A DNA stretch of 64,000 bases from Paragordius varius (GCA_964247055.1 OZ176055.1:1302001-1366000), one strand, 5' to 3'. Shown: positions 11,462 through 24,529, numbered from the stretch's first letter. Notes: a model not told the origin generated them from the letters alone. Translations and numbers: made by a program.

Positions 11462-14400
11462 ATGAATTATAAAATTTTAAAATTTTTGTTTAAAAATTAT
11501 TTTAATAGCTCTAATAAGATTTGATAATGGGTTATATGTTAAGTTAAGAAAGAATAAAGAACTAAATGAAAAAAATGATTTACCATTTACAATTCAAATT
11601 TATTCTTGAACAATTAAAATTCACCCTAAAAATAAATTATGTGTTTTCGGCACTAATATAACTCATCATTAATATATATTTTTACAACATAGTTTATTAT
11701 TTTTTCAGCAATTAATTTTAAACATAATTTCATATTTTAATAAATATTATAAAATAAAGGTAATTTTAATCTGAAAAAACACATAATTTATTTTAGGGTG
11801 AATTTGAATTATTCAAGAGTAAATTTGAATTGTTCAAGGGTAAATTTGAACTGTAAATGGTATATATAAGCAGCAAAGTGTTTTAATGAAGCTTGTTTTT
11901 ATTAAAGAGAAAAAATCCATATAGACAAGTAAATATTTCTTTGATTTTGTTGTTGAACTTAATATTAAATTAATAAAAATTTCACTCATATAATTGATAT
12001 ATAAAAAATTGAAATAAAATTTAAAAATATATTTTATAATTATAATAGCCATTTAGTTTTTATTTTATTATGGCATTATAATATATTGCAATTTTAAATG
12101 TCTTACAACATAGATCAGTGTGTGGTTCCCAAAGGGCGTAAAAATTTTGGAAAATTAAATTTAAAAAAATAAAACTATGAACAAATTAAAGGTTAATGAG
12201 ATTTTGCATTTTTATAAGGAAGGAACAAGGGTTTGAACTAAGATTTATTTTTTTAATTTGGTTGGGACGTGGAACAAAAAATGGTTAGGAATCACAAACA
12301 TATAAAATTAACTAAATATCTAATACAGAGTTAATTCAAAACACAATATATATTTTAAATTTTAGTTAATATCTTAATTTATATTTTAATTATATTTTTT
12401 TGCGTTTGACAAAGATTACTAGTAGTAATCGAAAATTTACAATAAATTCCTATAATTTTAACTGATTTATGATTGCAATATAATATTAAAAATCAAAAAT
12501 TTTAGATATGGATATATATCTGTAATCAATTAAACATTAAAATCTTACCTCTATATTGTTCAACAGGAATGACATTACATATGACGGCTTGACATTTTCG
12601 AAGGGCGGGAGTATTTGAAAGCGTAGAAAAATCATTGGAAAATAAAGCTGGTGAACATACAAATCCTCGTTCAAACGTTTCAGATGGGAATTGGGTAATA
12701 CATATACCTACTCGGTCACCCTGTAGTAAAAACACAACGGAGAAAAAAATAATAGAAATTTTAAAAGGTTCAAGAACATATATTTTATTTGAGAAAAACA
12801 TGGGTTTAAAAGGATTAAAGATTGCAAAAAAAATTGACGGTTGTATTTCTTTGCAACACATTTGACATTTTATATTGTGTGATTTATTTATTTTTAAGGA
12901 ATAAACAAAAAACAACTGTGTCCTTACCTTTCGTTTTATTATAAAATTAAAATTAAATTTTTTTTAAATACAATAATAAACAGTTACTCGGTTAACATTG
13001 CATAGATAATATTGAAAAAGAGTATAAAATTTCATTGTTAATAACGTTTGTTCTTAAAAATTGTTGCTAAAAAATAAAGGTTTTGCCTCCAATCTTTGCA
13101 TTAAAGCAAAGGCAACACGCAGCACTCTGTGCCATTATATGTTACCCGGGAAAAATTGAGAAATCCATGAATTGCAAAAATATACTTCTCAGATATTCTT
13201 GTAATAAAATTGATATTTTTTAAACAGCCTTTTGTAAATAAGTCTTGCCAATTGGCAACAAACTAGAAAAAATGTGTTATAATGTGTTCACATCATTTCA
13301 CAGTCTTCTAATAAATAAAATTTGATAAATTATATCGTTTAATGCCCATTTTAATTTGGAATGCAGCCCGTAGAGCCATTTGCATTAGAAATCCGTCCAA
13401 AATAAAAATAATTTATATAACACAAAATTTTTAAATACTTGGGATGCCTGATTAACGGATGTTCTGTACATTTGGATAGATTTAATTTTCCGTTTGATTT
13501 GTAGTGATGGTATTACAATTTCCTATCATAAAACAAATGAAATAAAAGGTTATGTACTTATTGACGTAAAATTAAACTGAGTTACACTCATAACCTCATG
13601 GCAAAAACAAATTTTTTAACATATACCCGTGAACAAATCACATTAACCCTAAAGATAAATTATGGGTTTTCAGGCTGATATTCATTATTAAAAAATATAG
13701 CTTTATTTTTTATTTTAAACAAAATTACATCTTTTAAAAATATCAAAAAATATAGATAACTTTTAATCTTAACAAATACATAATTTGCTTTTCGGGTGAA
13801 TTTGAATTGTTAAGGAGTGAATCAGAAACGATATATAAGTATATAGTTAGAAATTTAAGGTAAATAAGGTAAAATAAAACTCTTATATATTTACGACCCG
13901 CACAACGGAAAATAATGTCGTTTTTTTATAAAATTACCATATATTCACATCCTTATTTTTTTTCTACCAAAAACAATTATTTTAATTGAATAAATTAAGT
14001 TTTTAAGGCCATATATAAAAACCTTAATCATATAAACTTTAGAGTTAAAAAATTGAAGTGGTCATATAAAAAATCTTAAAAAAAAGTAATTTGTTAATTT
14101 AACTTTGTTCAATTACCTCACACCTTATATTATCAAGCTTTTTTAGGCTAAAAAAATGTAAAAAATTGTAATAAAAAAACCAAATTTTATCAATATAAAA
14201 AAATTTGTTTAAAAAGCTATAAAAAAGACAAACATCATTGCATTTAATTTGTCCGCGCAAGAGTGTACCAGTTATAACTGTTCCATGACCCCGAATAGAG
14301 AAACAATGGTCGGCTAACATTAGAAACGGGCATTTATCTGCCATTGATCTAACTGGTAAATCATTTATAAAGAGAGTTTGAAGCGTTTCAATCACATTGA

Positions 14401-17400
14401 GTGGGGAATATTTAGATATCTGGAATATATTCAATAATATTATATAATAAAAATGCTTTTTTCTGGGGAGGTATCTTTTTAGTTCAAAAATTGGTCAAAT
14501 TCATGGATAACTTTGCTAACTTTTATAGTTACTCAAAGACTATGTTGAAATACAATTAAGTTAAACCAAAATAAAAAACTATATACATTTAATCTTAAAA
14601 TATTAATAGATCTTAAATTTCGCTATTTTATTTTGTAATTTGTACATAAAGGAATAAATTAATGAGATTTTGAAAAAATTTAACCTCACTTTCGTTCACG
14701 GCATTTTTATATTGGGAGACGAATTCTGTTGTACATGAGATTGGTATGAAAGGTGCTGATCCAAATATCGTTTTAGCTAAACTTTTCCGTAATAGACTTT
14801 CTATCTATATCACCATATACAGTGAGGTAAATATCTCAAAATGGTAATCACCAAATATATTTATCTTGTCTCAAAAGCTGTCCACACCATATAATATCGA
14901 TCAAAAAAATTTTTCATAATTTGCAGACAATTATACTTAAAATAATTACATCAAAAATTTTGATATAGGGCCGTATACTTTTAGGGCCACTGGTATAAAT
15001 CTTAAATTGAACCTTCATTACAATTAACGGTGATAAAGAAATATTTTTAAAAAATCTAAAAAAACTTTGCTATTATATAGATAAAAAACTATGGATCAAG
15101 AGGAATTTTAAATTGAGTTAATTTGCCAAGCATAAACGCCAATTATATTATGAAACCCAAAAAAATCGTAATTGAATTGCCAAAACCTTAATATTCCGCT
15201 GTTAAAAAGTTCTAAATATATTATATAGATACGCCAATTTTTATTCCATTCACCATTTTGTTTTAAAAAAACATTAACATATATTTGCATTTTTGTAGAA
15301 AAAAATAGATATATTAACACCATTGCATAATTGGAAATTTTTTAAATGCTACAATAAAGCCAATATGTTATAGTGACCAGATAGGCTGTTTTTCGCAGTA
15401 CTGTACTGGGTTTTCTGAAAAAAACTGCGCCTGTACTGCGCCCACTTTTGTACTGCTTTTTGAAATAAAAAAATTAATTTTTAAATATACATTATTTACC
15501 TTTTATTTATTAAAAAAAAATATTTTAGAATTTAATATAGTACCCTCTGTAAAAATCTCATAATTGGTAAAGAAATGCATTTTGAGGTACAAAACTAATC
15601 TGCTCGAAATATACATAAAACATAGGATTACGACCTTTCGCGTATTGGCGAAACTATAAATCTCTGAGTCTACACCGTAAGATTCAGGCTAATGGTTCTT
15701 TCAGTTAGGGCTTCGTTTAAAATTAAAAATCTAATTTATGATATTTTTATAAATGTTTGACAGTTAGAAAGTTTATTTTTTGTTACAATTATTAAACGGT
15801 AATTATATAGAAAAATTTAAAATTTATTATATATGGCAGATGATTTCGAACAAACCTGTCGAAAAAATAGAGTTTTTACGATATCCATACTCATTAAGTT
15901 GTAGGTATGATATTTCTTAATTTTTTTCCCAAACAATAATTTTTATTTTTTTATACAGTTTAGAGTCTCTTTTTTCCTTTTTAATTAAAGGGCAAGAACT
16001 TAAATTGTATCCGGACTTGTGAAGGCTTTAACACTCGCCTGCCCAGGGCTGACAGTGATGATGGAAAAATTGCGTAGTTTTGAGGTTCAAACTCTGTCAT
16101 GTAGTGCAAGAGTCCGGCGTCCTACCTACTATACCATCACGCCTCTGAACATTAATTTATATTAGTTATCTTATTTTTTGCATAAATAAAACTGAGATAT
16201 TTTGTTGAAGCGTTCTTCAAACTGTTTTGAGGCATGATGGAAACTGTATAACGATTGATATAAAAAAATTCTTTTTCCAAATAATTCGATGATGTTGAAC
16301 ATTCATAGTTTAATGTGCTTGCAAATTTTGGTGCATTTTTGTGAAAAACAATTTTAATTTAACATAATTTTGAAAACGAACAAATATTTCAATCAACGTG
16401 TGAGAAATTAGGATTATCGAATTATATATATAAAATGTTATAACATCTCAACCGTTTATATCGTTTCCATCATGCTCAAAATAGTATGAAAGGGAATTTT
16501 ACGTTTATTTCAAGAGAACGGTTCATTTTAAAAGACAAAAAAATTGGGATTTTTAGAGCCACATCTAAAAATTTAAAATTTTTAAAACATTGTTTTGCTT
16601 TTTATATGGAGTTTATGTTATATTTTAGTGATATTTTTTGAAATTATACATTTAGCATAAAAAATATATTTGAAAAATTGCGCCCCTTTTGCAATTTTAT
16701 ACGGATCACTTACTGTAAATAACTTTTTTTTAATAAAGGTTCAAACCAAAAGTACCATATAATCCTGATATTTTCAATCAGAATATAGATATATATATAC
16801 ATATATATATTTCATCAGGATATTTTTAACTGTGGAATATTCCACACCGATGGTTTAAAAACAAGGCAAAGTATGTTTTAATTTTGTACTGCGTTCAAGT
16901 TAAAAATATCTGGTCACATTACAATATGTCATAATAATATATACTTTGTTTAACTTTTTGGACATGATTTTTTCTTGGGCTTCTAAACTTACAGAATTTG
17001 CGTCATCTTTTGTCTGAATTAACAAATCACATTTTGACAAAACAACTACAGCCTTTTGGCAAGTTATTTGTCCAATTATGACACATTCCGCTGTTTGAGT
17101 TTGAATTCCTTTAGTTACATCTATTACCAAGCAAATTAGGTCTATTATTTGAGCACCTATATAAAATTGGCTATAAAAAAATAAATAACTTAAAAATAGT
17201 TAATTTTTTACCTCCAATGATTGTTTTTATCAGCGAAGCATGTCCTGGACAATCAACAAAAGTAAATATAAATTTTTTTGCGTTTTCCTCCTTAGAAAAC
17301 GGTATAAGAGTTGAAGAAAATCCTAAATCCAAAGTAATACCACGGGATTGACTTTGTGGACTTTTGTCGAAACAAGCGGTACTAGTTTGTGTACTCAAAC

Positions 17401-17544
17401 ATTTAACCAATGTAGTTTTGCCACAGTCAACATGGCCTAATTAATTAAACGAATAATATAAAAACGATATTGTAATAAGGAATATTTAAATTATAAACCT
17501 AAAATCCCAATATTTATGTTAATAATTTGATGATTTGAAAGCAT
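6668..17544 (-). CDS. EEFSEC: Selenocysteine-specific elongation factor eEFSec, ~694 aa (exons 17544-17499, 17436-17212, 17156-16945, 14804-14685, 14419-14234, 13522-13439, 12720-12549, 11372-11276, 10362-10301, 8903-8745, 8274-8171, 7285-6668)
   Basis: INIGILGHVDCGKT (G1), RGITLDLGFS (G2), DCPGHASLIKTIIGGAQIID (G3), DHCFSIRGHGTVITGT, GDRVGICITQF, YHITVGH, CRLAFWG, GTFGQTGKLKV, FKKYLFE. Twelve phase-consistent GT-AG exons (2085 nt); exon 9 is the least certain. Confidence 0.95.
8985..10017. mobile_element. Long inverted-repeat element (~130-bp arms ending internally in (TA)n) in EEFSEC intron 9
   Basis: GAATTTGGCAGATGGTTGAATTTT...GAAAATGAAATTGAAC(TA)n at 8985-9131 is the reverse complement of 9880-10017. 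Confidence 0.7.
9242..9528. mobile_element. MITE family A copy nested inside the inverted-repeat element
   Basis: TA|CCATTTAC...GTAAATGG|TA, same body as 3226-3511. Confidence 0.85.
11583..11860. mobile_element. MITE family A copy in EEFSEC intron 7
   Basis: TA|CCATTTAC...GTAAATGG|TA with subterminal ~20-bp units. Confidence 0.85.
12118..12297 (+). mobile_element. Degenerate hAT/Charlie-like MITE
   Basis: CAGTG..GGTTCCCAA left end and GGTTAGGAATCAC right end resemble CAGTGGTTCCCAA-type hAT termini. Confidence 0.4.
12395..12470 (+). repeat. Short dispersed repeat family F (also ~38060-38150 reverse and ~56480-56570)
   Basis: Shared core GTTTGACAAAGATTACTWGTAGTAATYGAAA in three places. Confidence 0.6.
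13625..13830. mobile_element. Degenerate MITE family A copy in EEFSEC intron 5
   Basis: Internal body (AAATTATGGGTTTTC..., GGGTGAATTTGAATTGTT) matches family A; termini are eroded. Confidence 0.6.
15369..16921. mobile_element. Non-autonomous hAT element (1553 bp) with 8-bp target-site duplication in EEFSEC intron 3
   Basis: TIRs TATAGTGACCAGATA / TAATGTGACCAGATA (cf. the TAGGGTGACCAGAT hAT terminus); exact flanking direct repeat CAATATGT at 15361-15368 and 16922-16929; GTACTG subterminal motifs at both ends. Confidence 0.85.
15965..16146 (-). mobile_element. tRNA-His-derived SINE-like element nested in the hAT element
   Basis: Minus-strand head GGCGTGATGGTATAGTAGGTAGGAC resembles the tRNA-His 5' half (GCCGTGATCGTATAGTGGTTAGTAC), followed by a degenerate B box (GAGTTTGAACCTC), a short body and an A-rich tail. 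Confidence 0.6.
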
Positions 17545-18349
17545 GAGCCCTTAACACATTGTAAAATGTATGCATTGCAAGGGATGGGCATTTAACACTC
17601 GCCTGCCTTTGGAATAGTTGTACCCATTAGAAATTGAATTTAAATATCATAAATATTTTAAGGCATATTTTAATCATTACTGCTTTAATTAAGGGCATAA
17701 ATTTTTTTTATAACACTGCTCCTTTTTATTTCTTTGTCCTAGTTCATCTTTTAGAGTAGTTTTATATCCAAGAGCTAAATTTTGTAAATGAATTACAGTT
17801 TTAAAAGCTATTATAGTGAATATATAATTATTATATAGACATTAAAAGCTGAGTTACAGTTTCCTTCAAGTAGTAACTGCTTCATAATACTATGGAAACG
17901 AAAAGCTGGTATTAAAATCAAAATATTTCGATTGGTGTTAAGTTAATTACATAATATGTGTTTGCCTTTTGCAATAGATATTAAAAATTACAGGAAAAAT
18001 GAAGGCAATTGAGATGAGGCTTACTAGTTTACATTTAAATATTTATGCGCAAAAGGCTAAAGATAGCTCAGTTTTATATACGGCTTAATATCTTTAATTC
18101 GATTTGGGGTATTTATACTCCAGACTATAATTAAGTTGATAATTTTAAAAAACTATTAAAAGAGGGGGCCATAGTTTAAATTTATGTTTCTATCTTATTA
18201 AAAATTTAAAAAAAGTCGAAACCTCTAAATATAAGTTTTGAAAAAGTTCCATACTACTTCAACGTCCTTGTTAAATCATTTTTGCGAAATATCGTGTTTA
18301 TTTAATTTTAAACCTAAAATTAAAGCTAATTTTTTATTTAAATCTATAA

Positions 18350-19450
18350 GTCCCACAAAAATAATTTTTTGAACCTATTTTTCGCTCAAGGTATGATACC
18401 GTGAAAATTCAATAAGAATTCCAGATAATTCGGCAAATTTTTAGTCAAACGCTTTTATATTGGCTGTCGGGTAAGGAGCTACCCGCTAAAAACTGATTCT
18501 TCATATCGAAATAGCGTGCTTTTGGGGCTAAATTTCAAAAAATCTATCAGGCCATATGAGTTTAATTCGTGATTAAAAATTACCCATATCAAAGCAAAAA
18601 ATTTGGTCGCGCGGCATTTTAAAATTAGCCGCTAATAAGGTCATTCACGTCCTGAAAAATGCGCCACCATAGAATAAAATTTTAATTTTGGGGCAATTTT
18701 TTCAAAAACTAATGAGAGAAATCAATCATAATTCCCGTATTACCCGAAGTAAGGCCAAAATTTTAATCGAGCGTTTTTTTTTGCCTCTGGTTATGGGGGC
18801 TACTCGCGTAAAACTGCGTCACTTATCGATACAACGTGCCTTTGGAGCTAAATTTCAGAAAACCTATGGGACTATGTGAGTTCAATATGGACCTAAAATA
18901 TTTAAGGAGTAATAAATATTTTAGTATAGGGAGTTATTTCGATAAGTCGCTAAGTAAAGTATTATGCCCTGAAAAATGCTAGAACAATTTTTAGTTTTGA
19001 AGCAATATTTCCAAGTACTTATATAAATATATGGAATCAATGATAATTCCAGATATTCCCCATATAAAGGCAAAAATTTTGCCCGACTTTTTTATACCTG
19101 CCTCTGGATAAGGAGCTACCCGCCAAAAACTGCGCCACTATAAAGAAATTGTGTTGTTTTGGAGCTAGTTTACAGAAAATTTATAAAGCCATGTGAGCTC
19201 ATTGAAAGCTTGAAATATTACCCGTAACTAGGTAAAAATTAATGCCCTAGATTATTTAGTGTTGAGGAATTTTTTCGAATAACCCATGAGACGATGGTAT
19301 CAAAGATGATTCAAATATTTGCTTATTTAGGCAAAAAATTTAACTCAGCGTTTTTTCTATATAGGTCTATGGTAGGAGTCCGGTTTAAAACAGAGACGTA
19401 ACACAAAAATGGCGTGATTTTGCCATACAAGTTCAATAGAGACTTTACCC
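18350..19450 (+). repeat. Family C element: about four diverged ~260-320-bp tandem units
   Basis: The motif GGAGCTACCCGCYAAAAACTG recurs at ~18474, 18796, 19113 and (degenerate) 19374; the whole block is homologous to the reverse complement of ~62190-63630. Confidence 0.8.
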
Positions 19451-19927
19451 ATAAATAGGTAAATATTATAGTATAGCGGTTTTTTCCGTTAGTTGTCAAT
19501 CTGGGGCCTTCACACCAGTAAACATTTTGAAAATCTACAAAATCCTATAAGATTATACTATAAAATATTTTAAAATAATCCACATATATGGATCACAATT
19601 TTGTTTCCCTTTTTTTAAAAAGCGCCCCTTCTCCACCCCCCCCCCCGTCACGAACGAAAGACTTCCTCGGGCTGCGTAGCAGCACGAACGAGATTTACGC
19701 TGGTTATATATAAAGCATTTAAAAAAGAATTTATTTTGTATTATTTAAAAATTGTGCTAATGAACACATGTCATGTTCACTAAATTTTTACATTTTGACC
19801 TTATAATAAGTGATCAAGTATTTTTGAATGATTTTTTTATCTATCGATTCAATAATGTTTAATCAACTTTTCCCATTGTTTTAATTATTCCCAAATTTTT
19901 TAGTGTTAACAAGATATCCAATTACAC

Positions 19928-20915
19928 CGATTGGAATTGAAGATCTGAATTGAATATGTTTATTCAAGTGTTAATAGTGTTTGATTTATTCAATTTTTAA
20001 ATTGCTTTAGGACATAAAGCTACCCAAAAAGGTTATGGTTTGTTAAAAAAATTGTGAAAATATTGTATTTTCAATCTTCGCCTGCTAATAGTAGAGGCAA
20101 TAAATTTTAATATGGTATGTGAAAAAATTAATTTTAATCATATTAAATACAATTTAGCAGCAAAGTTTTAATAGTGATTTATATAACTACTTGTTTTTTG
20201 TTTTGGTCAGGTTATGTCCAACTATCTTAGAGTGTTTTTTTATTTTTTAACCATGCTCCAAAATATGATACACGCTTCCAAACTTTCGCTAAAAATTAAT
20301 TATTATAACACTTCGATGTAGAATGGGGTATTTAGTGGCCCCAGATTATATTTAACACTTGAATGCAACGCATTCATTTTAATCCTTTAATTCAAATTGG
20401 GGTAATTAAACACCCCAGGCCTGTTAAAATTAAATACTCCAAAAAGTATGGAAGGAATTGAAACCATGCCAAAAGTTTGAACTTATATATCATTATTGAA
20501 CTGAAATATAAAAAAAATTATATAAAATACTTGATATTAGTTATTTTAAGATGAAACTTAATGGTAAAAATTTGTCAAGACATATGTGCATTAGCTGTAT
20601 TAAAAAATAATTCTAAATAAACCACTTTTTCTGTTTCTATCGATGTTAGATGTGATTTAAATTATTATCAGCTTTAGTTTTGGCTTTAAAAGTAAATAAA
20701 CAGGATATTTTGCAAAAACTTTCTAAAATAAAAATGACGTCTAAGTAGTTTGATATGGAACTTTTTTCCAAAACTAAATTTCATTGAGATATTTTGGGTA
20801 TATAGTTTTTCTGAAGATAAAACCATAAAATCAAATTGGGACCGTTTCTTTTAGTAGTACTTTGAAAATATCAAATTGAATATTGCCTGTGGTATATAAA
20901 TACCCGGAGTGTTAA
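19928..20915. repeat. Dispersed repeat family E (also ~25850-26330, ~45760-46170, and a terminal part at ~31560-31640)
   Basis: Shared TTAACACTTGRAT..CATTTCAATC..AATTGG block; 19928-19975 is an inverted copy of ~20352-20400. Confidence 0.6.
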
Positions 20916-22937
20916 GTTAATATTTTAAAAACTGTAAGAAACGGTACAAATATAAAATCGATACTTCTATCCTAATATAAATTGTATATAAGCCAAAATA
21001 TCTAAAATTTAGTTTTGACAAAAAATTTCAACTGATTCGACACCATTTTATTTTACAGCATTTTTGGAAAAATATCAGTGTTTAATGATATAATTTTAAT
21101 CACCTTAATGCGTTTTATTTTGACGCAATCAATCTCAATATTATGATCAATATATTTCAAAATTAGGTTATATAAACAATTAGTTTGCCTAAATCAGGGC
21201 AGAGCTAAAAATAAATTTAAAATGCAATATTGATTTTACCTCATTCAAAAAATCTCAAACCTTATATCAATAGGCTGATTGAATCCTTACAAAAAATACC
21301 AAACTCACTTCTTTAGGCAAAATATCAAATGATATGGCAGATATTATTTCTAAAAATATCATTTTTGTTTAAAGGTAGGGTAGGTATGCGATCTTAAGAT
21401 ATCAGGAAACATACGGTCTAAGTACGCAAAGGTTATTTATTTAAATCAAGTCAAGAACTGGTGCTGCCTATGTTTTTAGGGTGCGGGGTCATTTTTGTGA
21501 AGAATTAAAACAATTTTTGGCGATTAGTGGTAAATTATTATAGGTTGGACTTTTTTGTATTAATTTATACATTTACCTGCTAATAACTGGGGAAGTTTAT
21601 GAAATTAATTTTAAAAAAATAAAAATACTTATAAACTTGGGGTTATTTAATGGATAGGGAGGGTTTGCGGCACAATTAATTATTGAAACACAGTTTGTGT
21701 ATGCGATCTTAAATTTTAAGGGTAATCGTAACAGTCTTAGCCATGTGACAAATCGATATAGTTGACTACCCCAGGCCAATTTTTATCAAACATAGCTCTT
21801 TTTAAGTATTTTTTAATTATTATTTCAAGTTTTTAAAAAACCATATGATACTATTAGTCTCCATATTTTTCATAAATTCTAGTATGATATCGTTTTATTA
21901 TTTTACAGGTAAAAAAGGATTTTAATATTATCATATACGAATGTTTTTTGCATTTGAAAAGCATGCATTTAATTTTCTAATTTTCCTGGTTATAAAATAA
22001 AATATTTTAATTCAATGATTATTTTATACATAAAATGTATATTCTAATATATTTTCATATTTTAAAACATAGATATAATTTAAATCAGTCCTTTTCTATA
22101 CCCGAATTAGTAACATAAAATAAATGCCGAATTTAAATTTTAAATGTAAGTGTAATTATTATAAAATTAGGAGGGATGAAAAATTGATAGATTGAATTAC
22201 ATAAAACACATAATCATATCTATTGGAAAAACATGGTAAAGATTTCAGCGGTTATTATTTTATAACTTATTATTGAAAACCTTATGGACCCTATTTATAT
22301 TCCCTAAAATGAATTATTATCGTTTTTCGATCTAATTTATGCTCTTTCAAATGGCAATTTCGTTTTCATTAACCCAGAAACTTTAAAAAAATCCACTTGT
22401 AAACATTAAGACAAATAACATTTTTTTCATATTTATTACTTTTGCATTATAACTCAAGTAAATTTTATGCGCGCTGAATTAGAATCAAAATTGATATATC
22501 GTAAAAATTTATCGATAAAATATTTTGTGTAAAAAACACGGGCATAAAGCAAATTGTGCAAGGCCATTAACATTTCAATTCTAATGTTACCATTATTTAA
22601 AACTGGTGTTGAAAAACTTTTTTAAAAATCAAAATGTTACATTTTAAAAAGTGTACGTATATTTTGGTGAAAAATTTTATCCCTATTTGATTTGACCTAA
22701 AGGTTATTTTGTTTTTAAATTTGGATAGGTGGGTTAAAAAATTTTGTAATAGACTAACTAACCTCTTGTGATTCATTCAAAAATAAATATTTTGTTCTAA
22801 AGTAAATATTGCATCTTTTTGTCAAATAATAACCTTGTCCCTCTTTGACGCACATTAACTGTTTTTTTATTTGGCAAAGCAATAAAATAAATTTTCGAAC
22901 ATAATATTGACATTGGGTGTGTTGCCAGCAAAAAATG

Positions 22938-22945
22938 TATAAAAG
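22938..22945 (+). promoter_or_regulatory. Candidate TATA box of the serpin gene
   Basis: TATAAAAG 52 nt upstream of the ATG, with an initiator-like TCACA ~28 nt downstream; weak evidence in AT-rich DNA. Confidence 0.35.
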
Positions 22946-22989
22946 AGGTCAAAAATTATCGATACTCACACATTATAAATTTTATCAAA

Positions 22990-24529
22990 ATGCAACAATA
23001 TTTTAAACTATCCATACTGCTTTGCTGTTTGTATCTCTGCCATTTAGCAAAATATACCGGAGCCAATCAAGTTGGCGATAATCAAGCTCTGTTAAGTACA
23101 TATATTTCTCAACTCAGTGGACTACGAAACAAACCCAATTACGTCTTTTCGCCTATAGCCATAGATTTGGGCCTAAATACTTTAGCCTTTTTCAGTGACT
23201 GTCAAGTCAAAATCCCTGGTTTACTTCAATCGAATTCAAATTACGGAACGTATGGAAACTTATTGGAAGCTAAGGACGATAGTGTAGAAAATACTCCCGC
23301 TAAATTAACCGTCATAAATGATTTATATGCCAATGGTCATATCAATAAATTTAATGCAGACTATGCTAAACAGCTTTATTTTGCTTCCGTGGAACAAGCA
23401 AACTTCAATCAAAATCTAGAAGCTATAATTAAAGGGATCAATGATAAGGTTTCTCAGCAGACAAATGGTATTATACCTCAAGTATTTGATGTCACACAAT
23501 TACCTAAAAGACTTACACAGCTCCTGGCTGTTACAACACTGTACTTTAAGAATGCCTGGTTGAATTCGTTTGATGGGTAATTATTATATAAAACTATGGA
23601 CTGAAATTGTAATGGGTCTAAGAATTTAGGGCATCTGTTTTAATTCGTTTCAATTATATTTTTAATCTTAATTTACTTTTATTTTAACCGGGGAATGGGT
23701 AAATCTTACGAACATCCTTGGATATTTTTGTCCCGTTACACCGCATTTGTTCTATTTTAATCTTCAAATGTGTATATATATAATTATTTTTATTAAATTT
23801 TGCAGAGCGTTACTTCCAAAAAACTTTACCGATAATACACAACACACTAAGTTAACCGCTATGATGAAAGATACATCCAAAACATCGGTTTTAGAGCACA
23901 TTCCTGCCTTGAAAGCAACCATGTATGTGAAAAGTTATAAGGATTCTGATTTCAAATTCGTGGCTTTGATGCCATCAGATGATTCAACTATGGCACGGCT
24001 TCAGAGACAATTACGATTTCAACCATATCTATTTTCACAAGCGTTGGAAAGGACAATAAATTCTCAACCTTCTCCTCGTGTCATTTACATGCCTATAATG
24101 GAAGTCAGTTCAACTTTGAATTTGCTTCAAGAAATTAAGGAACCTCTTGCGTGCTTAAAGAGGTAATTTATTATTATTAAATACAAACATAATAAAATTA
24201 AACATTATTATTATATCATTCGCTTTTTAACAATTTTCATTAATAAATATCTTTCTTTGTATAGCGATGGATTAACCACAATCGTTCAAAACAAAAGTTT
24301 ACCGCTCAGTTTTATGGAACACGATGCTCGAATCCTTGTTAATCAATATTATACTGAAGGCGCAGCTGTAATTAAGTCAGGATCAATTGATTATTTTGGA
24401 GGTGGAGATAGAAATCCGTTTTACTTTAATCGACCTTACTTATTTTATGTTATACATAAAACAGGTGCCATACTTTTCCATGGACGCATTAGTCAAGTCC
24501 CTGAGTGGAATATTAGAAATTATTTTTAA
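22990..24529 (+). CDS. Secreted serpin-fold protein, ~402 aa (exons 22990-23576, 23806-24162, 24265-24529)
   Basis: Signal-peptide-like N terminus; serpin motifs NYVFSP, INDKVSQQTNGII, TTLYFKNAWLNSF, PFYFNRPYLFYV, GAILFHGRI; phase-consistent junctions (1209 nt). Confidence 0.9.

Noticed and set aside
13040-13400. ~50-codon open stretch and a small hairpin with GCCCGTAGA in EEFSEC intron 6
   Set aside because: No start or donor support, no recognisable motif, and the hairpin is too short for a miRNA.
15320-15360. Apparent exon after TTGTAG that would make EEFSEC intron 3 a 35-nt intron interrupted by the hAT element
   Set aside because: The homologous sequence (RKSLAKTIFGSAPFIPIS) lies at 14804-14685, so no exon is needed here; the pre-insertion intron was ~580 nt.
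16082-16144. Possible functional tRNA (or tRNA-Sec) inside EEFSEC
   Set aside because: Only the 5' half resembles tRNA-His; the B box is degenerate and no acceptor stem closes, so it is a SINE head.
18688-18879. Short ORFs inside repeats (also 11834-12052, 21597-21779, 61557-61766, 62663-62845)
   Set aside because: They lie within repeat families or repeat-like non-coding DNA, and homologous copies do not keep the frame.
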